This document shows positions 1 through 10,100 of a stretch of 33,446 nt of DNA, in pieces. Location of the stretch: contig BLSG01000208.1 in assembly GCA_012862495.1 (NCBI GenBank), forward strand, positions 1 through 33,446. The letters run 5' to 3'. The DNA is from Thraustochytrium aureum. Taxonomy: Eukaryota. The translations under genes and the position numbers were made by a program. Under the pieces are notes generated by a model. It saw only the letters and a list, made by a program, of their open reading frames with translations. It was not told the origin of the DNA and made no database searches. How positions within the stretch are numbered: the stretch's first letter is position 1; each line of letters starts with the position of its first letter.

Positions 1-244
1 GAGCCTGGCCTAGCGCGTGTGGTCTCCACGCTGGAAAAGATGGCCCGAATGCGGGTCAGCACCAAAACTCCTCACCAAGACTGGGATTGGGTCCACCGTT
101 GCGGCGCTGCGCAAGAGCGCCCACCCGCATGTCTCGACGCTCGCCAAGGCTGTGCGCAAAATTTGGGTCGCCCAGCTCAAAGAAAAGGCTGCCAAGTCCG
201 AGGCAGGGACTGCGCCGAATGCAGAGCAACCCCCGCAAGGGTGA
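1..244 (+). CDS. 3' end of a protein with a C-terminal TFIIS N-terminal-like (TND/Med26/LW) domain; one extra A at 64-67 shifts the frame
   Basis: Frame 1 reads EPGLARVVSTLEKMARMRVSTK. After removing one A from ACC AAAA CTC, frame 2 continues LLTKTGIGSTVAALRKSAHPHVSTLAKAVRKIWVAQLKEK...PPQG* (TGA 242-244). This fits the TND pattern L..L......LL..T.IG..V..LRK......A..L...W. The gene is open at the window edge. Confidence 0.75.
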
Positions 245-250
245 GGCGGT

Positions 251-358
251 GCAGCTCTGGTGGAAAACGGGTTACGTTTCGCGCCGCAGCTCTGGTGAAA
301 AACGGGTTACGTTTCGCGCCGCAGCTCTGGTGAAAAACGGGTTACGTTTTGCGCCGCA
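251..358. repeat. Tandem repeat, 3 x 35 bp (GCAGCTCTGGTGRAAAACGGGTTACGTTTYGCGCC)
   Basis: Units at 251-285, 286-320 and 321-355 differ by only 1-2 bases and have no spacers. Each unit contains the inverted repeat AAACG-GGTTA-CGTTT. Confidence 0.95.
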
Positions 359-833
359 TCGGTCCCAAGCAGGTGTCAGGGAAAGCGTGAGGCATGGGCC
401 GGGCCCGGCCGCTCCAAGCGTTTTTGCGTTCTGCGTTCTCGGGGTGCGCCCCATCCGGACGCAGGCCAGGAGCAGCCCTAGCTTGAGACGCTCGCGAGGA
501 CCGTATTCGGCTGGTTCCCGTCGCCCGCCCCGTCGGCGGGGAACGCAAGCCAAGCAGATGTGCTGGATGCTCGGCAAACGCCGCGGTACTGAACCATCAC
601 CCGCTGGACGCACGAGCCCCAACAAACCTGTGCGCTGCTGCGCGCAGAACCTGGCGTGGTAGGTTTTTGAATGAATGGCCGCAGGGTGCTGAGCACGCCG
701 CGCCGGTCGTCAATCCAATTGTATCTAGCCCTACAGTTTTTCGCTGTGCGGGGCTCAGGAAGAGCCATTCCCGGCGTGCCTCGGTCTTTGAACTCGCCAA
801 CAAGGCAGAGGAAACACAAAAACAGCAAATGCA

Positions 834-877
834 TTTTCTTCTTCTTTTCTTCTTCTTTCTTCTTCTTTTCTCCCCCC
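834..877. repeat. Imperfect (CTT)n / pyrimidine tract (GAA-rich on the minus strand) in the presumed 3' UTR of the giant gene
   Basis: ttttcttcttcttttcttcttctttcttcttcttttctcccccc begins about 15 nt downstream of the TAA at 893-895 on the minus strand. Confidence 0.85.
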
Positions 878-892
878 GGCCCCCACGCGAGC

Positions 893-1145
893 TTACACGC
901 GCTCGCTTGGATCGCTGGTGAGCCGCCCGAACGTCATCTGAATCTGCGGCCCAGCACTCTTGATGGCGCTGGCGACCTCTGCAAAGCTGCTCGCGAGGAC
1001 AGAGTCACCATTCACCGCAAGCAGGACGTCTTGGAGGCGAAGCAGCCCGCAAGACTCTGCCGGCCCGATCTCCCCGTCCTGCAACGCCTTAAACCCCGTC
1101 ACAATCACAAACCCGCTTTTGGTCATGCCGAGCTTGAGACCGAGC
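893..1145 (-). CDS. C-terminal PDZ domain (PDZ2) of the giant protein
   Basis: Reading from the gap: LGLKLGMTKSGFVIVTGFK...GPAESCGLLRLQDVLLAVNGDSVLASSFAEVASAIKSAGPQIQMTFGR...ERV*. It has a GLGF-like loop, G.A...G.L...D.LLAVNG and the helix B pattern, and resembles PDZ1. Confidence 0.9.
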
Positions 1146-4100
1146 NNNNNNNNNNNNNNNNNNNNNNNNNNNNNNNNNNNNNNNNNNNNNNNNNNNNNNN
1201 NNNNNNNNNNNNNNNNNNNNNNNNNNNNNNNNNNNNNNNNNNNNNNNNNNNNNNNNNNNNNNNNNNNNNNNNNNNNNNNNNNNNNNNNNNNNNNNNNNNN
1301 NNNNNNNNNNNNNNNNNNNNNNNNNNNNNNNNNNNNNNNNNNNNNNNNNNNNNNNNNNNNNNNNNNNNNNNNNNNNNNNNNNNNNNNNNNNNNNNNNNNN
1401 NNNNNNNNNNNNNNNNNNNNNNNNNNNNNNNNNNNNNNNNNNNCGCGCTTTGGAGCAGAAAGCTGATCATGGAAGTGTCGTCGCGGGCCGAAACGAGCTC
1501 GAGCTCCTCTGGCGACTTGCCGGCGCGGTCCATGAGGATCCAGTTTCGCGGAACGCGCTCCTCAGCCCCGTCGCTAAAGCCCACGATGTAGTCGCCGTCG
1601 CCGCAGATGCCGCACACCCAACCTTGGAACGCGGCACCGACGCCGCCATACTGAACCAGGACGCGGGTCCCGATCGGCAGAAACGGACGCACGCGCGACG
1701 GCAGCACGCCGTGCTCGGTGCTACCGTCGTCAAACACAACGTCAAATGTGCCAGAAGACTCGTCGCTGCTCTGCAGCCGGCCCAGGACCCACCGGTCCGA
1801 CGACTCGTCCAATACTTCAACGATCTCCCCGACGTTGACTCGCGTCTTGGGCCGCGAGGTCGCAAAGCGCAAGGCAGCCTCGTCCCCGCTGCGCTCGAGC
1901 TCCACAAACACGTCCTCCAATGAACCAAACCTCCGCCCGTTTACGCGGATGAGCTCATCGTGAATCTGCACCTCACCGCAGCGCTCAGCCTCGCCGATGC
2001 GGGCCTCCCCGTCGTGCTCGCTGTAGACCGGGGTGAACCCAGTCACGACAACGCGGCCCGAGTCCGTCCATCCGAGCTCGAGACCAAGACCGAGCCGCTT
2101 GTTCAGCTTGACCTCATACTCCCACAAGTTCTCGGAGGTGGCCTCGGTGGCAAAATCAAAGTGGTGGGAACGCTTCTCTTCGCCAGAGTGCGCATCGGCA
2201 GGCGGTCCGCCAGCCATGGAACCCTTCGCGCCGTCAGCCGCAGACCCTGCCTCGTCCTCCTCCACCAGAGTGCTCTGCGCCGGGTATAATCGAATGCACG
2301 AACGCTCAACGGCGTCGTCCTCGTCCCCGTCATCGAAGAGGACCTCGTACGAATCGTCGTGCACATTGCGCCGCAAGATGCGCCCCGAATAGTACGAGTC
2401 GTCGTAGTCGTAGTAAACCACCACTCGGACCGAGGGGTACAGGCACTCCTCCAAGGGCTCTGGGCCGACGAATAGGGCTGCGAACGAGAGTTGAAGAATC
2501 TCCACTTCGTCACTGTTCTCCCGCCCGCCACGTCCGCCGCCGCCAGAGACGAGCGGCCCCGCGTCGCCGCTGCTCGCCAAGTCGCCCTTGTCCCCCGAGA
2601 GGCCCTCGGCCGCGCCAGAGCCAGACGCATGGCCAGAAGCTCCTGGCGCAGCCACGGCCAGAACGTTTGCAGCAAAGCCGAGCGCTGCTGCACTTGAGAC
2701 GCCGCCCGAGTTCACCGCGGCGTTTCGCTGGTTGTCCGGCACATCGCTCGGTAGGTCAGTGGAAACAGACCCGGACATGGTCTGCGTGTTGTTGCGCCCT
2801 GGCCGCGTCAAACCGGGCGAGGGCGGCGCCCCGGGCGTCGCGGAGGGCGTGCGCTTCTTGCCTTTGGCCCTGCGCCGCTTCTTGCAAAGCCACGGGTCGC
2901 CCTTCCCCTTGGCGCTCGCGCCGGACGCGGAGCCCTGGTCGTCGCCGTGGTCGGGCCGCAGTTTCACAAAGACTGCGAGTGCGGCAACCACCACGACCAT
3001 TGCGAGCGAACTCAGAACAGCCACAAAAACCCAGCCTCCGCTCGCGTGGCTCGAGCAAGCCGCCGCTGGGGCCTCGCCTGCGCGGCAGTAGCTCATTGAC
3101 ACGTTGTTCACTCCCAAAACGCACGGCGACCCGCTGCTTGACGCCGCGTTGTCGAGGCCCGTTATGCAGCAGTGGTGCTGCGGCTCGGCCCCGCCTTGAC
3201 CGCACACGGCGCAGATGGACTGCATCGCCGTCGCGGCGCCCGCTTCGCCACTCCGCGTGCAGTAAACTGCAAACTGGCTTGCGACCAGCTTGCGAAACCG
3301 CGAGTCCCCCGCGCTCGTGGACAAGTAGCGCGAAACCTCGCCGCTGCGGAGCGCGCTCGTTGGGTCGCTTAGCGCGACCCGCAGTCGGTTCTCGATCTCC
3401 ACGAGCGACAGCGCAGCTCCGGGTACCCCAGTGCGGAAGAAGAGCACCGTCGCTGAGATATCAGCCATGTTTGCTGCCGGCGCGAGGCTGACGACTTCCA
3501 CTTGCTTGTCCGACAAGCCCAGCGCGCTGGAAAGGTCGTTCGCAAGCGCATTCGACGCATTGCTGCTCACCGCCCTGACTGCGCTCACAAAGTCCTCCGA
3601 TTTCCCCAGCACCAACGACTTGGTGCGGATCACAAGCACAGCCTCCAATATGTCCGAGTTCTCTTCCGATTGTGCGGCGCACGGGCCCAGGTTGCAGGCG
3701 CGCGTCAGACTCGTCTCAAATGGGCAGCTCCCCTCCGCCCCAGGATACTCAAACCACACCGCCCGAGACCGCCGCTCCACGCCGGGCCCGCACGCCCTAT
3801 CGCAGAGCGACCAAGGACCCCATTCGCCCACTCGGCACTCGTTGTCCAGGACGCGTGCCTCGATGGATCGCGACGAGCTGCCGCCGTACAGCCCATCCAT
3901 CGACCCAAAAGTGACGCGGACCTCAGCAATCTTGCTATCATCCCCGTCCAAGACATCATCATTGTCCGCCGCGGTCAGCTCGACTGTCTGCGCCACCGAC
4001 CAGGTCTCCGGCTCAAACACGAGCGTCCAGGCCGCGGGAGCCTGGCTAGGCCCAGGCCCAGTCCAGCTGATCACAACGCTCACTGGCGCCCACGGGCGCG

Positions 4101-7100
4101 ACAAAAGGCGAATCGCTACTCGCATCGGAGAGCCCTCGACGAGCCGCATCGAGCCGTCCACAGCGTCCTCGGCCTCGGCGCCGTGCCCAACGTACACAAG
4201 CACAGCAGAACTGGTCATCGTCGTCGGGTCCACGTACTCGAGCGAGACACCAGCGGCGTCGTCGTCGCCGACGAGAGCGCGGATCACCGCTTCAGGGAGC
4301 GCCGCGTAATCCTCGTCAGCGCTCGACACGCGGTGCCTCACCGTGGCGAAGCGCCACTTCGGGCTCTCAGGGTTTCCCCGCTCGTCAATAGCGTTGTCCG
4401 TCTTGACCAGCACCACCTTCTGCGCGACACTCCAGTTCTCCTGGGAAAAGACAAGTCGGCTCGGGCTAGCGCGCACCGCGGTCTCCTCCAGGCACCCATC
4501 GCAACCAAGCCCGTTCGCTTCCTCGTCGCACGACGTCCCAAACCTCGGCTCGCGGAAAGGGCCTTGGAGACACGTCCCGCGGGGCGCCAGGACCTCAACA
4601 ACAACGGGGCTCGACGGCGGCGCGTTCAGCGCCACAGCATACGCGTTCTCGCTCGTGTCACCTTCCGCCAAAGTCAGATTGGCCGCATCAAAAACGAGTC
4701 GCGGGGTTCGCTCCTGAGAAACTTGCACGCGAACGCGCACTGGCTCGAGCATGCTGTACGCCGCATCTGCCGAGGAAAGAGAGAGCACGAGCTCGTGCTG
4801 CGCGGCCGCGTCGTGGCCAGCGCCAAACGGAACGCCGACCATGGCCTCGACCCACCAGGCCTCATCCCAGTCGCCAGGCTCGACAACGATTCGGTTCTGT
4901 TCGACCACGAGCGGGTCTTGCGCTCGCACCATCACAACCACTGGCGCGAACGGGCGCGAGCGAAGCTTGAAGGCAAACACCGGCGACAGCGTATCCCTGA
5001 CAACCGCTTGGTTGCTCAAGATCGCCAGCCCGGCCTCGTCGTCATCCGCGATCGAGGCAGGAACTCTGACCACACCATCAGCGGGAGGCAGCTCAGCGTA
5101 CTCGCGGTCGCTCGCCAACCCGTCGACCCTGACCTCGACCCACGACATGTGCGTGGTTGGCTCCACGGCATAGTCGTCGATTGCGCCAACAGTGATCACC
5201 TTGGGCTGGTCCCAGTCGAGGCTAGTGAATACCATGCGGGGGGTGTCGATTCGAACGCCGAGGCCACGCTCACACGTCAAACCATGCTGCCCTCCGCAGT
5301 CTCCGTCACTCGAACAGGGCAACGAAAAGTCCATTTCCCCAACTTCGGGTGACACCAGAGTACAGTACCCTGACGCCGCGCGAATGTTGAGCACAACGGT
5401 TCCGAGAGGCCGCGAGCCTAGACGGACCTCGATCTGGCCCTCTGGGCCCACTGGAGCCCCCTCTTCGAGAACGATCCCTCCAGGAGATACAACGACGGCG
5501 GCTCGGTCATCGTCATACCTTGTCACCTTGAGAAGCGCGGCATCCACCGTGTTGTATCCAGGGTCCAACGAAGTGGTGGTGTGGCTGCCGATGAGATGCA
5601 CCGGGTTGCCTGACGCCACCTGGTCTGACACGGCACGAATGCTCACCGTCTGCCACTCATCCCAACTTGAGGCTGCGACGTCGAGAGACTCGGGCTCAAA
5701 AACGACAAGGTCAGACCCAAGCGCTTCTGAGATGGCACGGCCGCTCGACAGTTGGCGCATCGTCACAGTCACTGGCGCAAACGGCTGAGAACTGAGGCGG
5801 ACCCGATATGTGGCTACGGTACCCAAGGCTGCGTCGCTGCTTTCGAACACTTCCACAGAGTCTTGGTCGAGCTGCACCCCAGCAAAGTCGTCGTCTTCGA
5901 TGGCGACTTTGACGCCGGGCACGTACCCAAGCTCAAGGCCTCCTTGGAAAATCCGGTGCTTGATCCAGCCAAAATGGTCCCCCTCTGCCCGGGCATCGTC
6001 GTAGGCAAACACCTCAACGAGTTGTGCGTCTTGCCAGTTGCTTGCATCAAAAGCGAGAACGTTGGGGTGGGCCCAGAGCTTGGTTTCGAGCACACAGAAC
6101 TGCATCCTTCCGCACTCACTGTCTTCTGAGCAAAACGAATCCAAGACCGGCACGCCCACGCCAGATTCGCCCGAGACAGTTTGCGCACAGTACCCAGAGG
6201 TAGCCTGGGCCTCGATGGTGACTGGCCCACCATGGCCAACGGCGCTCGGGTCAAACGCGAGTCGCACCGCATATGTAGCCGCTGTCTCACTTCCCTCCTT
6301 CAGGGCGAGCTCGGCGATGGAGCCGCCGCCCACCGCCTCGAGCACCACAAGCGGGCTTTCGTCCTCCGCAACTTGCACGAACAAGTCGACAGAGCCCAGG
6401 TCACGGTACTTGATGTCCCTGGTGTCGATCAAATGGCGCAAGACGAGCGACCCTGGCGCCGACGAGTGCGCGCTCAAGCCCTTCGGCCAGTACATATCGT
6501 CGTCTACAGGGATGACCTGGACGATGCGTTCTTGGTCCCAGTCAGCGGCGGTAAACTCTAGCCATCGCGGCCGCAGCTCCACAGCGCCCTCAGCGACGCC
6601 GTCCGGCATTGTGATAGACACATTGACGGTGGCAAGGGGCCTTGATGAGAGCCTGAGCGTGTAGGTTCCGATCGAACCCTCAAGGATGTCAAGCCTGCCA
6701 ACGTACTCCTCGCCCTCAGCCGCAGACCGAAGCGCGACCTCGGGGCCGCCAACGACAAGACCAGGCCTGTCGCTATCCACGACGCTGTACAACAAGGCGC
6801 GGCTGAGCCCGTCAAAGGGCTCTGACGAGCTCGTCGAACGATGTTCGATTGTCCGGTTCCACGAGCTCCCGTCCGCGACATCGTCAAATAAGGCACGAAC
6901 AGTAACAGTTTGCCACTTGCTCCATGTCTTCTTCTTGAAAACCAGCGCTCGCGGCTCCACCACGACGTTGCTCATTCGCAAGCAATACCGCGTCAGGGAC
7001 CCAGGAGCCCCGTCGTACACGTCGTCATCTGACGCAAGGCCATCAGCCTCGTCAAAGCCCTCGTAGTAATCGCTCCCCTCAGCGTCACGCGAACGATCAC

Positions 7101-10100
7101 AGTCCACATCGTTGTCGCAGAATCGCCCTTCCAGCACCTTGTAGTTTCCGACCACACATCGCCCGTTCGGGACGCGGATCGCAACGCGAACGTCCGAGCG
7201 CGGCGCCGAGGATAGCCGAACGCGATACGAAACCGACTCGCCTTCGATCATCTCGAGTTGCGCAGCGTCAACCTGCAAAGCGGGAACATCGTCATCCACG
7301 ACCTGGATAAGAACAGGACTCGCCAAGGTGGCATTGCCCTCCAAACCGTCGTACGCCACGTCGGACATCGACGTCACGTGGTGCTCGACGCGCGCCGTGG
7401 CCAGCTTGCGATTTGGCGTGTAGACGTTGTCCACGTTGCGCGCTTCCACATGAACGAGCTGAATTTGGTCCCAGTTCGACGAGGTGAAGACGAAGCGCCC
7501 AGAGCCGACGACTTCAAGTATGGATGCGACCTGGGCGTCGCCCCCAAACGTCACGTGGACCTCAACGCGGCCGCGCGGCTGGCTCCGCAAGCGCAACCCA
7601 TAGATTGCCGGCTTGCCCCCCTCGGTTGCCAGCAGATTCACCACACCAGCGCTTCTCCCGGAGCTCGCGAGCGTTTGGATGCCAGCCGTCGGCTCGCCAG
7701 AGTCCACTATGCCAACGCTCACCTCGCGCGGGGTAAAGCGGTCGGGCTCGACCCCGTTGAGATCGCCGACGCTCATCGCGGTGACGCGGACTGCGCTCGA
7801 CTGCATCCCCTCGACGACCTGATCAAGATACGCTCCCACAAACACAACTTGTTGTGCGTCAGAGTCGCTGGCCGAAAACTGGACAAACTCGACCCCTCCG
7901 GCCGCAACGAGAGCGCTCCCAGTTGTACCTGGCACTGCTGCCGCGCTCTCCAGGGCAACCACACTGCCCGTGCCGAGCATGCACGTCGGAAACTCCGCAG
8001 GGCAGTCAGCAGACGCTGCGCAGGGTCTTGGGTCCAGGCCACTCCCGAGAACGTTGTGCACGCAAAAGCCCCCCAGCCCTTCGAACTGAACAATTACGAC
8101 ACCCCGGGACGGAGGCGCACTCAGCGAGACGCTAACAGGCTGCAGCTTGCCGCCTTCCACCACAGTGACCTTGGAATGCGAGAGCTCCACGCGCGAGGCC
8201 TCGTTGTCCTTAATCGAGACGGCGACAGAAGCCAAGCCAAACGCCTGCGTCCTGGCTGCAGCGCGATAGAACGGGTCGCCGTCCGGGACCGCGTCGAGGC
8301 GCGCAGCGACAAGCGTTTGATGGCGCGCAGCGCGAACAACCGTGTCGTCCAAAGCGCGCACATTCACGACAAACCCAAACGCCCACGTCGTTTCATCAAC
8401 CTGGAAGTGGGAAGGTGTCACCTCCACCAGCGTCGAGTCAAAGTCCATCTTGACGCCCACTACCCCGCGTGGCTTGCTGCTCAGCTTGACCACTAGTCGG
8501 TGCTGCGTTGGGTCGCCTTCCTCGAGCTCCAGCTCGCTTGGCTCGACTTGGATACCAGCCGCCAAGTCGCTGTGAACGTGCAGGTGGATAGGGCTTTCCT
8601 CTCGGGCGGACGCTGCCAGCAAGGCGTCAGCTCCAAGGAACTCGAACCGGACAAAGGCGTCATGAGGGGCCCCGCTCGGCCCAACGCTGTCCATGGCCTG
8701 CGACACAATCACGGAAACCGTCCGCGGCTTGTCCCAGTCGTTGCGGGAAAAGACCAGCTCGTCTGGCTCGAGCCGCACGAGCTCGCGCGCCGCGGGAACG
8801 CGGACGCAGAGCTCGTCGGGCCCACAGTCCCGCCAGCGCTCCTCGCAGAGTGGCCCAAGCTCGCCGGACCGCCAGGACGCGCACCTGGACACCTCGGCAC
8901 TGTCGGCATTGCTGTCGAGGCCAACTCCAAGCGGCGCTGAAGTGTCTGTAACGGAGAGCTTGAGCGTGACGCTCTCGGCCATTGGAGGAGAGCGCAGCCC
9001 CTCGACGCGAAATACGGCGCGGCTGCCAGAAAACACGTCCATCTCCCTAGACGCGGGTTCGCCTACAACCAGGCCGCGGGTGCGGCGTGGCCGGATAGAG
9101 ATGATGTAGTTTGCTGCTGCGTCGTCCAGCGTGCAAGCGCAGACCCCGGTTTCGCTCTCGACTGGCGCACAAAGTCCCAGCTCGTCCGCGGGCCGAGTTG
9201 CGAGACGCGCAATGCACTCGAGAGGGGCTGCTACCTGGCCAGCGCCGCCCAGTACTGCGACCGATTCGAGCACAAGCGATCGGACATTCTGCACAACCAA
9301 CATGGGGCCAACAGAAGCGCAGTCTGCGACGTCCTGCGCGAAGGCCAAAATCGACACCTGCCCCTCGCTTGCGCGCCCGAAATGCGCCCCTTTGATCCCG
9401 CCAGCGAACCAGAGCGAGCCGGGAGCCTCCGTCAAAAACGCAACGGTCGCCGCAAGGGCGCCGTTCCTGCCTGCTTCGCCTCGGAACGCGTCGCGTGCCA
9501 ACGGCACTGCAAACGAGAGGACAGCATCAAGGAGGCCGTGAGACCCACACGCAGAGCGTCGCGCCAAGCCGTCGCCACCTTGCATCGAGGAGTGCGGCGA
9601 CCGGGTGTGGATCCACCCAAGTACAATGTCCAACACGCGCCTAACCGCGCTCCGCGCAATCGGCGAGCGCGGTGCGCCTGAGCGCGCCATCCCAACATGC
9701 GCAAGGCGGAGAGCCTCTTGAGCCGCAGAGTCGGAAAGAGCATGTCGGTGGGCGTCCAAGACGGCAGCGAGAGCGCCAACAATCGCCTCCCCGCTGACCT
9801 CTGGCCTGGCCGCTGCGCGACCAACTTCCCCTAGGAGACCTTCAAGGAAGGAGACGTCAGCGGGTCCGATGGCAACGTCGCACCGTGCACCTGCAAAGCC
9901 GGCTGCGCAGCTGCAAAATGAGGCAGCCCTTGAGCCGTCGCCTAGCACCGCCTCGTGGGCGCAAACGCCATCGCCAAGGCAGTCGGCGTCGGAGGCGCAG
10001 CTGCCTGCGCTGAGCCCACGCGCAGCAGTGAGCTCTGCTGCAACGCTAAACAGCTGGACCGCGCGCGACACCTTGCCGCTTCCTAGCGCGCCTTGAATCG

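Noticed and set aside
251..358. CRISPR array (35-bp palindromic repeats)
   Set aside because: The units are directly adjacent with no spacers, there are no cas genes, and the context looks eukaryotic.
360..830. Small ORFs or ncRNA in the convergent intergenic region
   Set aside because: No recognisable protein motif, tRNA or structured RNA. Most likely 3' UTRs and spacer.
671..1591. ORFs running through N-gaps (671-1591, 960-1466, and similar at 22.4-23.2 kb and 30.2-31.0 kb)
   Set aside because: Their length is an artefact of translated Ns, and frames across gaps are unreliable because gap sizes are estimates.
2640..2700. Second hydrophobic stretch (AAALGFAANVLAVAA) as an additional TM helix
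   Set aside because: It is short, Ala-rich and embedded in low-complexity Gly/Ser/Ala sequence. A second TM would also place the PDZ/Tudor domains outside the cell.
3502..5352. 616-aa plus-strand ORF and the many other antisense or alternate-frame ORFs (e.g. 7258-8496, 18418-19377, 31183-32370)
   Set aside because: Shadow ORFs expected from GC-rich codon usage opposite a long real CDS. They are Arg/Ala/Ser-rich with no recognisable domains.
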